A DNA stretch of 64,000 nt from Campylobacterales bacterium (GTDB lineage: Bacteria > Campylobacterota > Campylobacteria > Campylobacterales > QNZT01). The position numbers and the translations under genes were made by a program. Below, one piece after another: positions 29,301-39,136 of the stretch. Numbering within the stretch: position 1 is the first letter of the stretch; the number at the start of each line of letters is the position of its first letter. The notes under the pieces were generated by a model. The model had not been told where the DNA came from, did no database searches, and was given only the letters and a program-made list of their open reading frames with translations. The DNA is taken from the NCBI GenBank assembly GCA_027068765.1, contig JAMOMC010000164.1, forward strand, positions 29-64,028, read 5' to 3'.

Positions 29301-29775
29301 GTTTTTGTGTCTCTTCACTGCTCATACCAACTTTCATTGTGCATTTTTCTATCGTTGCACCAGTTCCAGATGCACACTTGTCATTCATAGAAGTCAAGAC
29401 TGATTTTGAGCCATTTTTTGCCTCTTTAAAGTGGATTATTTTTGCATCTTGACCACCTAACTCTACAACTGAATTTACATCAGGGTGGTTATGTTCAACT
29501 GCCAAAACAACAGCATTTACCTCTTGCACAAAACGAGCTCCCAAAGAAGGTGCTATAAGAGAGGCTCCTGAGCCTGTGATATAAGTTCTTTGTATATTTT
29601 CATAAACTTCTTTGTTTGAAGAAGATAGTTTTTCTAAAAGTTTTAAAATAGTAGCAGCTTGTCTAGTATCGTGTGCTGTGTACTCTTTTGCCATAATATT
29701 AAAATTTTCATCACATACTACATACTTTACTGTTGTAGAACCTATGTCAATTCCTAATGTATATTGCCCATTCAT
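26383..29775 (-). CDS. Double BcrAD/BadFG-type activase ATPase fused to dehydratase-like C-terminal domain
   Basis: 1130-aa ORF with two ASKHA ATPase modules (GIDIGSTTVKYVV and GIDGGSTSSKAVL). Each module has the cluster-ligand Cys contexts of HgdC-type activases (NDKCASGTG/CGVFAETD and SNQCSAGNG/GCAVFLDTD). The C-terminal ~490 aa carry DTCYPAKV and SFKCGHDAP motifs. Confidence 0.8.
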   Translation of the reverse strand: MNGQYTLGIDIGSTTVKYVVCDENFNIMAKEYTAHDTRQAATILKLLEKLSSSNKEVYENIQRTYITGSGASLIAPSLGARFVQEVNAVVLAVEHNHPDVNSVVELGGQDAKIIHFKEAKNGSKSVLTSMNDKCASGTGATIEKCTMKVGMSSEETQKLTFDSNKLHHVAAKCGVFAETDIVNLVKTSVPSDEIMNSLADAIVMQNLTVLTRGNTLMPKVLLLGGPNTYLPFLQQCWRMRITQLWDERGIEYDKDKIEELIIVPDNSQYYAALGAVIFGEGESKKDKTFLGLIQLKTLVDSGRVAQSSRNDPGLVSSQEELSNFKQAYTIPSFTPSKLNKKTICYLGIDGGSTSSKAVLIGDDGELLLKLYQLSKGNPIQDTIDLLTQIKEIDPQDFYDIKGLGVTGYAADVLEGALRADANVIETIAHMQSAQSAFGDSIDVICDIGGQDIKVLFLENGMMKNFRLSNQCSAGNGTLLQSMAKQFGVEVEEYANVAFKATQAPRFNYGCAVFLDTDRVNFQKEGYTKEELFAGIAKVLPKNVWQYVVQASNLAALGKHFVLQGGTQYNLAALKAQVDYIKEAVPNARVDVHPHPGEAGAFGAALEAREVVARRGYATFIGLEGALQLTYTSKTDESTRCHFCEILCSRTFIDTKTPTTNSVRYIAGFACEKGTVESADELKSLKSSRKALQVKTPNLVHTESTTLFNSSFTQDAKPTNELIKEQKVKLTLGGWGPTIRQNISRDFIESLDENKEFRKTLNIGIPKVLNIYSVAPFLRVYLETLDIKSENIHFSGFSNEDMYLEGAKYGSVDTCYPAKVAQAHVYSLLFNKKFTRKSLNYIWFPSITELPGYVKYTLAQTSCPIVSGTPRVVYSSFTKEKNLFSKVGLSYVDDSLNFDNEKLLEKQLFDTWGDLLKISRDENKWAVKQANKALIQNDQEMMIKGKEVLKEVEKNDEIILLLLGRSYHSDPGINHEVLDLFQTLGFKTLSMRAIPKDREYLEEYFQKDLEDGYIEDYFDIRDVWPENFSTNSSQKVWAAKFASRHPNVAVVDLSSFKCGHDAPTYAIIDKILASSKTPHLTLHDIDANKPGGSIKIRVKTFAYTLEQYQRTLLKDKELNLLKNISKTEVSV

Positions 29776-29790
29776 AATATATCTCTTTCT

Positions 29791-30585
29791 TTATAGTTTT
29801 TTTAAGTTAGTTTTTGATTTAAATGCCAAAATGACAAATATGATTCCAACGATGATAAAAGGGATGCTTAAAAGTTGTCCTGTACTAAAAGGTATATCTA
29901 AGCTATACATCGCTTGTCTAGTCTTTGTAAATTCCAGCATAAATCTTGCACAAAAGAGTGTGATTAGAAAAAGTCCAGGAAGAAGCTTTGTTGCAAAATC
30001 TCTATCTACTTTTCTATAAACTGTAACAAGCATGACAAATATAGAAAAATATGCCAAAGCTTCATAAATTTGAACAGGGTGTCTAGGAATCATATCTACT
30101 TTTTTAAAGATAATAGCCCAAGGTACATCACTAGGTTTTCCAAGTATTTCAGAGTTAAAAAGATTTGCAATTCTAACAGACCCAGCGGCTAAGGCTCCAG
30201 GAATTGTAATTCTTGATAAGAGCCATATATAAGACTCATTGTATCTTTTTGCATAGAGATAAATAGCTATTAAAATACCAGCTAAAGCCCCATGGCTAGC
30301 AAGTCCAGCTTTCCATATCATCAATATTTCAAGAGGGTGTTCAAGATAGTAAGCAGGCTCATAAAATAGAGTATGAACAAGCCTTGCTCCAACAGCCGTA
30401 CCGATTATCATATAAATCATTAAGGTATCTAAATCTTTTGGATCTTTTTTTTCTCGTTTATAAATCCACTCCATGATTTTTAAGCCAACAAGAAAATTGA
30501 GTGCAAATAAAAATCCATACCAACGAACTTCTAAACTTCCAAAAGAGATGAGGATAGGATCCACATCCCAAATAAAATGTTCCAT
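29791..30585 (-). CDS. lgt: Prolipoprotein diacylglyceryl transferase
   Basis: 264-aa polytopic protein with an Lgt-like N-terminus (VRWYGFLFALNFLVG) and an HPVQIYEA motif. Confidence 0.85.
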   Translation of the reverse strand: MEHFIWDVDPILISFGSLEVRWYGFLFALNFLVGLKIMEWIYKREKKDPKDLDTLMIYMIIGTAVGARLVHTLFYEPAYYLEHPLEILMIWKAGLASHGALAGILIAIYLYAKRYNESYIWLLSRITIPGALAAGSVRIANLFNSEILGKPSDVPWAIIFKKVDMIPRHPVQIYEALAYFSIFVMLVTVYRKVDRDFATKLLPGLFLITLFCARFMLEFTKTRQAMYSLDIPFSTGQLLSIPFIIVGIIFVILAFKSKTNLKKL

Positions 30586-30776
30586 GTAGTAAAAATCCTT
30601 CTTAAATTAATAAAAGGGTATCTCTAAAAACCTTAAGTTTGCTTATATAATATTATAATGGTTTTTAGAACTACCCTACACAATATTGTAACAAAATCGT
30701 AATAAATATATCCTATTTAATTATAGTTAAGTCGATTTAAGATGTAAAAAATAGAATAAATTTTGGTGTAGTGTTT

Positions 30777-30799
30777 AAAAAGGGAGTAACTCCCTTTTT
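30777..30799 (-). terminator. Rho-independent terminator after tpx
   Basis: AGGGAG-TAA-CTCCCT hairpin flanked by A4/T5 runs, 12 nt past the tpx stop. Confidence 0.6.
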
Positions 30800-30811
30800 A
30801 ATTTAAAATGC

Positions 30812-31324
30812 TTATACAGCAGCTTTTGCAGCAGCTATTGCTTCTTCGTACTCAGGCTCAGCAGTGATTTCAGGAACTAGTTGTTTATAAGCAACTTTTC
30901 CATCTTTTCCAACAACAAAAATAGCTCTTGCAGTTACACCAGCTAAAGGTCCATCAGCGATTAAAACACCATAGTTGTTAGCAAAATCTTTGTTTCTAAA
31001 GTCAGATGCAACAGTTAAGTTGTCAATCCCCTCAGCTGTACAAAATCTTCCAGCAGCAAAAGGTAAATCCATAGAGATAACAGTTGTAGTAACTCCATCA
31101 ATTGAAGAAGCTTTTTCGTTAAATGCTCTAGTCTCAGCTGCACATACAGGAGTATCAAGTGAAGGTACTACTACAAGAAGTTGAACGCTATCAGAAGTTC
31201 CACCTACTACTACATCAGCAAGACCCTCAGAGTTTACTACAGTTGTTTGAGGTGCATTATCACCAACATTGATTTCATTTCCAGTTAAGTTACAAGCATT
31301 ACCTTTAAGTGTTACAGTTGCCAT
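30812..31324 (-). CDS. tpx: Thiol peroxidase
   Basis: 170-aa ORF with the Tpx active-site context VVPSLDTPVCAAETRAFN. Confidence 0.85.
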   Translation of the reverse strand: MATVTLKGNACNLTGNEINVGDNAPQTTVVNSEGLADVVVGGTSDSVQLLVVVPSLDTPVCAAETRAFNEKASSIDGVTTTVISMDLPFAAGRFCTAEGIDNLTVASDFRNKDFANNYGVLIADGPLAGVTARAIFVVGKDGKVAYKQLVPEITAEPEYEEAIAAAKAAV

Positions 31325-31480
31325 ATTTATAATTCCTTTTTTGTTTTAATTTTTGTTTTACAGCGAAATGATACCTAAATAAGATAAAAATAGTCTTAAT
31401 CAAAAAAGATTAATTTTTCCTATAGATTTTATTTCGATATGATTATACATCATAAAAGACAATGAAAGGATTAATTTTAT

Positions 31481-31843
31481 ATGAACAATAAACCAAGATA
31501 TTCACTTTTTAAAAATGCAATGTATTCGTTTGAGGGTTTAGTATATGCTATAAAAATGGAGACTTCATTTAAGTTAGAGTTGTTTTTTGGATTTTTCTCT
31601 CTTGTTGGAATTATCTTTATTCAAGTTGACTTGAGTTATAAACTTATCCTTTTAATCACTCTTTTTCTTGTATTTATAGTAGAGCTTTTAAACTCTGCTA
31701 TTGAAAATGTTGTTGATTTAGTCACAAAAGAGATACACCCTTTGGCAAAAAGTGCAAAAGATGTTGCCGCAGCTGGAGTGTTGTTTGCACTTGTTTTACA
31801 TGTGATATGTTGGTTTTTTATTTTAATTAATTTAATTATTTAA
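31481..31843 (+). CDS. dgkA: Diacylglycerol/undecaprenol kinase
   Basis: 120-aa ORF with 3 TM helices and the ELLNSAIENVVD motif. Confidence 0.8.
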   Translation: MNNKPRYSLFKNAMYSFEGLVYAIKMETSFKLELFFGFFSLVGIIFIQVDLSYKLILLITLFLVFIVELLNSAIENVVDLVTKEIHPLAKSAKDVAAAGVLFALVLHVICWFFILINLII

Positions 31844-31911
31844 ATTAATGCTAAAATATTTTAAGTTTATGACGATATAATTAATGAACATATAATTTAA
31901 AAGGAGAAGAT

Positions 31912-32172
31912 ATGGTTGGGAAAATAGTAGCTATGTTTATAGCAGGAGCAATTTTTGCAAGTTCTATGCAAGCTTGGGTGATAGTAAATGAAGATGGTAC
32001 AACAGAAAAATTAACAGATTGTTGTCCTAAAAAAGTTTATAAAAAAAGGATTTACAAGAAAAAAGTTCCAGAAGTTTGTGAAACTTGTGATTATAGTAAA
32101 TTTCAAGAGGCTGTTTTACTTCCTGTTGGAGATGAGAAACTTCAGTCTGCAACACTTAGAAATTGTGACTAA
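31912..32172 (+). CDS. Small secreted Cys-containing protein
   Basis: 86-aa ORF with a signal peptide and AGGAG RBS. Confidence 0.35.
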   Translation: MVGKIVAMFIAGAIFASSMQAWVIVNEDGTTEKLTDCCPKKVYKKRIYKKKVPEVCETCDYSKFQEAVLLPVGDEKLQSATLRNCD

Positions 32173-32257
32173 ATAAACTAAAAAGAGTTGTTAACTCTAA
32201 CAACTCTTAAATCCCATTTTGCTATAATTGCCAAAAAATTACATTAGGGTAGATTTT

Positions 32258-32965
32258 ATGGGAAGAGCGTTTGAGTATAGAAAAGCGGCAAAAGAGAAGA
32301 GATGGGATAAGATGTCAAAAGTTTTTCCCCGACTCTCAAAAGCCATCACAGTAGCTGCAAAAGATGGTATAGATCCTGATATGAATCCAAAACTTCGCTC
32401 AGCCATCCAAAATGCCAAATCAGAAAACATGCCAAAAGACAACATAGAAGCTGCTATCAAAAGAGCAAGTGGAAAAGATAGTAGTTTAATTACTGAGATA
32501 AGCTATGAAGGTAAAGGACCGCATGGTTCACTAATCTTTATAGATACAGCTACAGACAACAACACAAGAACAGTTGCAAATATAAGAAATTATTTTAATA
32601 AAAATGGTGGGCAACCATTAGATAATGGCTCATTAGAGTTTATGTTTGGTAGAAAAGCTGTTTTTGAGTTAATTAAAAGTGATGATATAGATGTTGAAGA
32701 GCTAGAGTTAGAACTTATAGATGCAGGACTTGAAGAGTTAAAAATAGATGATGAAAAAATAGTTATTTATGGAGATTTTGCTAGTTTTGGAGAGCTTAGT
32801 CACTCTTTGTCAGATAGAGGGATAGATGTTGTAAAGTCGTCTCTTCAAAGGATTCCAAACTCTACGGTAACCCTTAGTGAAGAGCAGATGCAAGACGTTG
32901 ATAAGTTGATAGATAAAATTGAAGATGATGAAGATGTGTTAGCTGTTTACACAAATATTGAGTAG
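32258..32965 (+). CDS. YebC/PmpR-family transcriptional regulator
   Basis: The family-typical N-terminus [23 protein letters not shown] begins at the ATG at 32258. The ORF-track start at 32228 is an upstream in-frame extension. Confidence 0.85.
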   Translation: MGRAFEYRKAAKEKRWDKMSKVFPRLSKAITVAAKDGIDPDMNPKLRSAIQNAKSENMPKDNIEAAIKRASGKDSSLITEISYEGKGPHGSLIFIDTATDNNTRTVANIRNYFNKNGGQPLDNGSLEFMFGRKAVFELIKSDDIDVEELELELIDAGLEELKIDDEKIVIYGDFASFGELSHSLSDRGIDVVKSSLQRIPNSTVTLSEEQMQDVDKLIDKIEDDEDVLAVYTNIE

Positions 32966-32967
32966 AT

Positions 32968-33435
32968 ATGAGTACAAATGAAATTTTAAAAGCTTGTTTT
33001 ACCCTTGTTGGTGCGAGTGAAGAGAAAATGGTAGAGATTTTTAAACTTGGAGGATTTACTCTAAATCCTAAAACATTGAGTGGTTATTTAAAACCAAAAG
33101 ATGATAAAGAGTTTTTGGATTGTGGATATGAGGCATTAGGAAGTTTTTTAGATGGCTTGATAATCTATAAAAGAGGAGAGAGTAATAAAAAAAGCATAGA
33201 TGAAGATGTAAGATTAAACAACAATCTTATTTTAAAAAAGCTCCGAATTGCATATGAGCTTAAAGAGGTTGATTTGTATGCGATTTTTGATTCAGTTGAT
33301 ATAGATATAAGTAAAGGTGAGCTTAGCTCTTTATTTAGAAAAGAGGGTCATAAAAATTATAGAGCTTGCCCCAATTCAATACTGCAACTTTTTTTAGAAG
33401 GACTTATAATCTGTGAAGAGGGAGTAAATTTATGA
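32968..33435 (+). CDS. DUF1456 (YehS-like) protein
   Basis: 155-aa ORF with two internally similar halves, matching the size of YehS-family proteins. Assignment is from memory. Confidence 0.45.
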   Translation: MSTNEILKACFTLVGASEEKMVEIFKLGGFTLNPKTLSGYLKPKDDKEFLDCGYEALGSFLDGLIIYKRGESNKKSIDEDVRLNNNLILKKLRIAYELKEVDLYAIFDSVDIDISKGELSSLFRKEGHKNYRACPNSILQLFLEGLIICEEGVNL

Positions 33436-33509
33436 CATTTGAACGAATTCTCAAAGTATTTGCAATTATTGTTGCGATTTCGGCAATTGTATTTATGCTT
33501 ATGAGGTAG
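33432..33509 (+). CDS. Possible 25-aa hydrophobic micropeptide
   Basis: MTFERILKVFAIIVAISAIVFMLMR. Its ATG overlaps the upstream stop (ATGA). Not in the ORF track because of its size. Confidence 0.2.
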   Translation: MTFERILKVFAIIVAISAIVFMLMR

Positions 33510-33546
33510 TTATGGTAGTCTTATAAAATAAATAAGGATTAAAAAA

Positions 33547-34032
33547 ATGAGAAAAAAAAGTATAGAGTTGCTAAACAAGTCAATGGCAGAGGAGTTGACC
33601 GCACTAAATCAATATATGTTTTTTCACTTTCATTGTGATGACCAAGATTTAAGTATGCTTTCAGCACTTTTTAAAAAAATTGCAATTGAAGAGATGGTTC
33701 ATGTCGAAAACTTAGCTGATAGGATACTGTTTTTAAAAGGTGATATTATAATGGAACCTTCTTCTAAAGTACAAAGCATTACAGATGTTAAGGGTATGTT
33801 GAAGTTTGCAATCGATAGTGAAGATGAGGCTGTTAGGGATTATAATCTATTTGCAAATGAATGCTCGGCAAATGCTGATAGTGTTTCAAAAACTTTGTTT
33901 GAAAATTTAGTAGTTGATGAAGAGAGGCACTATAGTCTATTTGATAGTGAGATGGAAAAATTAGAGAAGTTTGGAAATCAATACCTTGCACTTCAATCAA
34001 TTGAAGGAAGTAAAAATTTAGGTCAAGCTTAA
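33547..34032 (+). CDS. bfr: Bacterioferritin-family protein
   Basis: 161-aa ORF with ferritin-like diiron motifs (EELTALNQY, EEMVHVENL, DEERH). Confidence 0.7.
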   Translation: MRKKSIELLNKSMAEELTALNQYMFFHFHCDDQDLSMLSALFKKIAIEEMVHVENLADRILFLKGDIIMEPSSKVQSITDVKGMLKFAIDSEDEAVRDYNLFANECSANADSVSKTLFENLVVDEERHYSLFDSEMEKLEKFGNQYLALQSIEGSKNLGQA

Positions 34033-34163
34033 AAAGGGATAAGATTATCTTTTACTCCAAGGATTAAAAGTAAGATAGTTAATGCTACTAAAGTAACATT
34101 TGAAAAAAAACATTTGTAGTACAATTACACAGTAAGTATCTTTAGTAATACGAGGAGTAAATT

Positions 34164-34766
34164 ATGAAGAGTGAACACAGTGTAAGTATTGGTATAAGTC
34201 ATGTGGGTGAAGATTTTTTTTTGAAAATAGTAGCAAATGGAACTTTGACTCATCAAGATTATGAAAGAATGATTCCTATGATTGAAAATGCATTGGTAGG
34301 AGTAAAAGATCCAAAAATAAGAGTGTTAGTAGATGCAAGAGAGTTTAAAGGTTGGGATATTAGAGCAGCTTGGGATGATTTGAAATTTGGTCTTAAACAC
34401 AATAAAGAGTTTATCAAATTGGCTTTTGTAGGAAATAAAGAGTGGGAGTCTTATAGTATAAAAATCGCAAATTGGTTTATGAGTGCCAAGATGAAATATT
34501 TTGAGGATATTGATAGTGCTACAGCTTGGTTAAACGAAAAAGAGCAAAAGGTTGTAGATATGGATATTATAGAGAAAGAGTTGCGAAGTAGAGAGAGTGA
34601 AATTAAAAAAGAGTTTAAGTTTTTATTTGAGGCAAACATGAGGATTACTGATTGGGATGTGCCAGAACCTGATAGTCAAAAAGCTGCTGAGATTTTAATA
34701 GGTATATTACAAGATGGTCTAGATGAGATAAAAGATGATATTAAAAATGGTGAGTTTGATTTATAA
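34164..34766 (+). CDS. SpoIIAA/STAS-like (DUF3478-type) domain protein
   Basis: 200-aa ORF. The N-terminal ~125 aa match the pattern of STAS-like DUF3478 proteins (KIRVLVDAREFKGWDIRAAWDDLKFGLKH). Confidence 0.45.
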   Translation: MKSEHSVSIGISHVGEDFFLKIVANGTLTHQDYERMIPMIENALVGVKDPKIRVLVDAREFKGWDIRAAWDDLKFGLKHNKEFIKLAFVGNKEWESYSIKIANWFMSAKMKYFEDIDSATAWLNEKEQKVVDMDIIEKELRSRESEIKKEFKFLFEANMRITDWDVPEPDSQKAAEILIGILQDGLDEIKDDIKNGEFDL

Positions 34767-34778
34767 AAAATTAGTTTT

Positions 34779-35762
34779 TTAGATTTGATTTAAAATATTT
34801 TTATGCCAAATATAGCCTCTTATTTTTGGTGGTATTTTTAAAACTCTTGCCTTCTCTTTAAACTCTTTTGACATAATGAGTTTTAGATAAGGAGATATAA
34901 ATATCTCCTTATCACTTATGCAAACAGCGATTTTGCTAGCTATGACTATCTCTTTTTGTCGTAGTATTTCAGATCTCTGTTTTGAACTTATGATATAACC
35001 TAGTTTTTTTACAATTTTATCAATTGCTCTTAGATTTTCTATATCGCTGTTACTATTTTTCAAGATATATAATTCATCTATTTGCTTAATGATATGAAGT
35101 TGAAAAAGTTGATTTTTATCCTCTTTTAGATACTCAAAACTCTTTATTATCCCTTTTTCATAATCTTTTAAAAGGGAGTTAGAAAACTCTAATCTAAATC
35201 TATTTCTTCTATATTTTAAATCACTATTGCTCTCATCTTCAAAATATCTGATAGAGTTATTTTTTAGAAAATCAAGCAGTTTTTGTTTAGGAGTATCAAT
35301 AAGTGGTCTTATAAGATTGTAATTATCTCTTTTTTCAAAAAACTCAAATCCAAGTAGTTCAACCACTCCAGCACCTTTAGTAAATTGCATTAAAAACCAC
35401 TCTAAGCGGTCGTTTAGTTGATGGGCTGTTAGTAAGTTTTCATAATTTTCATCTCTTATAATCTCTTCAAAAAAAGAGTATCTTACCTCTCTTGCAGAGT
35501 GTTCAAAATTTTTATCTTCAAGATGTATAGTTTTTGAAAAACACTTTTTATTGTGAGTTTTTGCTAACTCTTTTGCATAAGCCACTTCATCACTTGAATT
35601 AGCTCTTTTACCATAATCAACGATAGCGATATCAAAATCAATCTCGTTTTTTAAAAGAAGAAAAAAAAGTGCACTAGAGTCTACTCCAGCTGAGAATGCA
35701 AGTAGATTGTTTTTATCTCTAAGATGCTCTAATGATTTTTCCAACAAGTTTATCTCCTGCAC
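34779..35762 (-). CDS. tilS: tRNA(Ile)-lysidine synthase
   Basis: 327-aa ORF with the PP-loop [14 protein letters not shown]. Confidence 0.8.
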   Translation of the reverse strand: MQEINLLEKSLEHLRDKNNLLAFSAGVDSSALFFLLLKNEIDFDIAIVDYGKRANSSDEVAYAKELAKTHNKKCFSKTIHLEDKNFEHSAREVRYSFFEEIIRDENYENLLTAHQLNDRLEWFLMQFTKGAGVVELLGFEFFEKRDNYNLIRPLIDTPKQKLLDFLKNNSIRYFEDESNSDLKYRRNRFRLEFSNSLLKDYEKGIIKSFEYLKEDKNQLFQLHIIKQIDELYILKNSNSDIENLRAIDKIVKKLGYIISSKQRSEILRQKEIVIASKIAVCISDKEIFISPYLKLIMSKEFKEKARVLKIPPKIRGYIWHKNILNQI

Positions 35763-37047
35763 ACTCTTGTATGAGAGCTATGTATCTTTTAGAGTGTTTT
35801 ATTTTTTCATCTAAAATGGTCTCATTTATGAGTATCTCACCATCAATATCTTCTGCCCAACAGCTCTTTTTTGCAGCTATAAAATACTCATGTTCACTAC
35901 TCTCACCTCTTGTTATAATCTCTATCTCTTTTCCTACTTCAAGTTGTAGAGATTTTTGCATCTGTTCTTCTATGATAGAGTTTAAGATTTCTATTCTTTT
36001 TTCAACTATTTCAAGAGGGATTTTCTCTTGCATCTTTTTAGCTTTTGTTCCCTCTTCATCAGAGTATGCAAAGATAGTAACTCTATCAAAATGGTATGTT
36101 TTTAAAAACTCAGTTAGTATCAAAAAATCCTCATCACTCTCACCAGGGTGTCCTACAATGATAGAAGTTCTTACAAAAGAGTCTTTAGCTTCTCTCATTA
36201 AAAAGAGCTGTTTTTTTATAACATCAGATCCGCTTCCTCGTCTCATAATGGTTAGTAAATTGTCACTTATATGCTGTATGGGCATATCAAAATAGTTGTG
36301 GAAAACTTTTGAATTTATAATCTTTTTTAAAACATTTTCACTGAGAGTTGAAGGATAGAGATATAAGATTCTAGCACTTTTTACCCCTTGGATATTTTCA
36401 ATCTTTTCAATTAGCAAGCTAAGTCCATCTTTTATATCAAAATCTCTCAAATATGAGCTACTATCTTGTGAGATAAAACTAAAGTCATAAAATCCTCTTT
36501 TTGCTAATTTTGTAACTTCATCAACAACTTCGTCAAGCTCTCTTGATTGAAGTTTTCCTTTAAACTCTGGAATAGCACAAAAACTGCACTGTTGGTTGCA
36601 TCCTTCACTTAGCTTTATATAAGCATGGTAGATAGATCCTGTTATAACTCTTTGTTCATCTTTTATAAGATAAGATTTTGGTGAGAAGCGGTTTTGTTTT
36701 AGATTTATAAGTTCATCAATCCTATCATAATCCCCAACACCTGTAAATATATCAACCTCTTTAAGCTCTTTTTGAAGTTCCTCTTTGTATCTCTCACTAA
36801 GGCAGCCACTCATCACTAAAAGTGAGTCATCTTTTCTCTGGCTGTGAAGGTTTAAGATAGTCTCTATGCTCTCTGTTTTGGCAGCGTCAATAAAACCGCA
36901 GGTATTTACTATGATAACATCAGCATTTTTGGCTTCGTCTATTATCTCATACTCTTGTAATCTTCCAAGCATAACTTCGCTATCTATTAGGTTTTTTGTA
37001 CAGCCTAAAGAGACTAAGTGTAGTTTTTTACTCATTTTTATATCCAT
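35719..37047 (-). CDS. rimO: Ribosomal protein S12 methylthiotransferase
   Basis: 442-aa ORF with the N-terminus [14 protein letters not shown] and the radical-SAM motif CNQQCSFC, plus a C-terminal TRAM-like region. Confidence 0.75.
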   Translation of the reverse strand: MDIKMSKKLHLVSLGCTKNLIDSEVMLGRLQEYEIIDEAKNADVIIVNTCGFIDAAKTESIETILNLHSQRKDDSLLVMSGCLSERYKEELQKELKEVDIFTGVGDYDRIDELINLKQNRFSPKSYLIKDEQRVITGSIYHAYIKLSEGCNQQCSFCAIPEFKGKLQSRELDEVVDEVTKLAKRGFYDFSFISQDSSSYLRDFDIKDGLSLLIEKIENIQGVKSARILYLYPSTLSENVLKKIINSKVFHNYFDMPIQHISDNLLTIMRRGSGSDVIKKQLFLMREAKDSFVRTSIIVGHPGESDEDFLILTEFLKTYHFDRVTIFAYSDEEGTKAKKMQEKIPLEIVEKRIEILNSIIEEQMQKSLQLEVGKEIEIITRGESSEHEYFIAAKKSCWAEDIDGEILINETILDEKIKHSKRYIALIQECAGDKLVGKIIRAS

Positions 37048-37859
37048 ATATTGTCTATTAATCTTGTTTCGCCTACAAATGTGGCAACTAAGATTATTGT
37101 ATTTTTTATCTCTACTTTTTGTAGTAGATTAAACTCTCTATCAACTATCTCGATATACTCTATATCTGTATCTTTTAGTACCTCTTGCATCTTGTTTTTT
37201 ATCTTTTTTGAGTCTAACTCTTGGCTTATAACCATTTTTGTGGCAAGCTTTAAAGCGGTTGATAATAAAAGTGCTTTTACTCTCTCATCTTCACTTAAGT
37301 AGATATTTCTACTACTAAGTGCTAAACCATCACTCTGCCTGATTATTTCGCAAGAAATTATCTCTATATCTAAAAAGAGATGTTTTACCATATTTTGTAT
37401 GAGAAATAGTTGTTGAGCATCTTTTTTACCAAAATAGGCTTTTGTTGGTTTTGTTATACCAAAAAGTTTTAAAACTATTTGCAAAACTCCATCAAAATGC
37501 CCTGGTCGATTAAATCCTTCAAGGGTAAAACCTTTTATATTTGGAGCTGTTATTTTTAATTCATCTCTCTCATACATATCATCAATGTTTGGCAAAAAAA
37601 CTGCATCTACTCCTGCTAATTCACATATCTTTAAATCAGCTTCAATCTTTTTAGGATATGCATCTAAATCCTCTCCTTGTAAAAACTGTGTAGGATTTAC
37701 AAATATCGATACGATAGTGTTATCACTGTTTTTTATAGACTCTTTTATGAGTGAGATATGACCCTCATGCAAAGCTCCCATAGTTGGTACAAAACCAACA
37801 CTATTTTTTAAACTTTTTCTATAAGATGCTAAATCTAATGGATCTGAAAATTTTCTCAT
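37038..37859 (-). CDS. panC: Pantoate--beta-alanine ligase
   Basis: 273-aa ORF with the [10 protein letters not shown] motif. Confidence 0.85.
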   Translation of the reverse strand: MRKFSDPLDLASYRKSLKNSVGFVPTMGALHEGHISLIKESIKNSDNTIVSIFVNPTQFLQGEDLDAYPKKIEADLKICELAGVDAVFLPNIDDMYERDELKITAPNIKGFTLEGFNRPGHFDGVLQIVLKLFGITKPTKAYFGKKDAQQLFLIQNMVKHLFLDIEIISCEIIRQSDGLALSSRNIYLSEDERVKALLLSTALKLATKMVISQELDSKKIKNKMQEVLKDTDIEYIEIVDREFNLLQKVEIKNTIILVATFVGETRLIDNIWI

Positions 37860-37912
37860 GTTAAGTCTCTTTAATGTAATATAGAAATATTATAGCAGAT
37901 GTAGGAGAAATT

Positions 37913-39004
37913 TTGGATAGTTACGAATATAGTGAACTTTTAACAAAGCTAAATACAAAGATAGAAAATATAAAACAGATTATAAACCCTAGTAAATTAA
38001 CAACAAGACTCCAAGAGATAACCAAGATAGAGCAAGATGCAGATTTTTGGAGTGATCCTAAAAAAGCTGGAGTAATTCAACAAGAGAAAAATAGAGCTTT
38101 ATCAATATTAAAAAAATACAACAGTGCAAAAGATGCTCTAAATGATGCAAAAGAGCTTTTTGATATGGCAAAAGATGAGAGTGATGATGAGACGATAGAG
38201 GAGCTTTTTGAAGATGCAAACTCTCTAAGTGAGTTAGTTTCGCAACTTGAAGTAAATATGATGTTAAGTGATGAAAACGATATAAAAAATGCGATTGTCT
38301 CTATCCACCCTGGAGCTGGTGGTACTGAGAGTGGGGATTGGGCAAATATGCTCTATCGTATGTATCTTAGATGGGCAGAGAGAAAAGGGTACAAGATAGA
38401 GGTTATGGATTATCAAGCAGGGGATGAAGCTGGTATAAAAGATGTGACATTTATCATAAAAGGTGACAATGCTTATGGATACATGAAAGCAGAAAATGGC
38501 ATACATAGACTTGTTCGCATCTCTCCGTTTGATTCAAATGCAAAAAGACATACCTCTTTTAGTTCAGTCTTAGTCTCTCCTGAAATTGATGATGATATAG
38601 ATATAGTTTTAGAAGAGAAAGATTATAGAGTAGATACCTATAGAGCAAGTGGAGCAGGGGGACAACATGTAAATAAGACTGACTCAGCTATAAGGTTGAC
38701 ACATATAGAGACAGGGGTAGTTGTACAGTGTCAAAATGATAGAAGTCAACATAAAAATAAAGCAGCTGCTATAAAGATGCTAAAATCAAGACTTTATGAG
38801 TTAGAGCTTGAGAAGAAAAAAGCTAAAGAGGCAGGAGTCCAAAAAAGTGAGATAGGGTGGGGTCATCAGATACGATCATATGTTCTAGCCCCTTATCAGC
38901 AAGTAAAAGACAATAGATCAAATATTGCTTATTCACAAGTAGATGCGATACTTGATGGTGATATAAGTAAAATGATAGAGGATGTTCTTATATCAATTTC
39001 TTGA
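37913..39004 (+). CDS. prfB: Peptide chain release factor 2
   Basis: 363-aa continuous ORF from a TTG start with an AGGAG RBS. It carries the SPF (ISPFDS) and GGQ (SGAGGQHVN) motifs. No frameshift is needed. Confidence 0.9.
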   Translation: MDSYEYSELLTKLNTKIENIKQIINPSKLTTRLQEITKIEQDADFWSDPKKAGVIQQEKNRALSILKKYNSAKDALNDAKELFDMAKDESDDETIEELFEDANSLSELVSQLEVNMMLSDENDIKNAIVSIHPGAGGTESGDWANMLYRMYLRWAERKGYKIEVMDYQAGDEAGIKDVTFIIKGDNAYGYMKAENGIHRLVRISPFDSNAKRHTSFSSVLVSPEIDDDIDIVLEEKDYRVDTYRASGAGGQHVNKTDSAIRLTHIETGVVVQCQNDRSQHKNKAAAIKMLKSRLYELELEKKKAKEAGVQKSEIGWGHQIRSYVLAPYQQVKDNRSNIAYSQVDAILDGDISKMIEDVLISIS

Positions 39005-39136
39005 TTGTGTAGTTTAAGAATAGATATATTAAAATGAAATATTGTTTAGCATTTTAAGAAAATTGTAAGCTTGTAAGATGTAAAATAATTTTTACCTGAA
39101 GTTAAAAATAAATATTAAAAAAAAAGGATAGATATT

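Noticed and set aside
29612-30019. 135-aa plus-strand ORF spanning the activase start and the lgt end.
   Set aside because: It crosses an intergenic boundary between two well-supported minus-strand genes and has no motif support.
31420-31450. TTCGATAT sequence upstream of dgkA resembling a sigma28 -10 element.
   Set aside because: There is no TAAA-type -35 element at the required 11-nt spacing, and the downstream gene is not flagellar.
32228-32257. Upstream in-frame extensions suggested by the ORF track for yebC (32228), glucokinase (53960), secretin (58797), efp (62008), DUF1566 lipoprotein (41573) and the GalT-like gene (49487).
   Set aside because: In each case an internal ATG gives the family-typical N-terminus or signal peptide. 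It also has a better RBS or stop-start coupling. The extensions overlap upstream genes or promoters.
35732-36295. 187-aa plus-strand ORF antisense to rimO. Related cases are 36866-37132 and 37051-37302, antisense to rimO/panC.
   Set aside because: These are shadow frames of strongly supported genes. Their sequences are S/F/I/C-rich with no motifs.
37913-39004. Programmed +1 frameshift expected in prfB.
   Set aside because: The RF2 reading frame is continuous from the TTG start through the region where the CUU-UGA shift site would lie. The N-terminal ~50 aa align in one frame, so no frameshift is present here.
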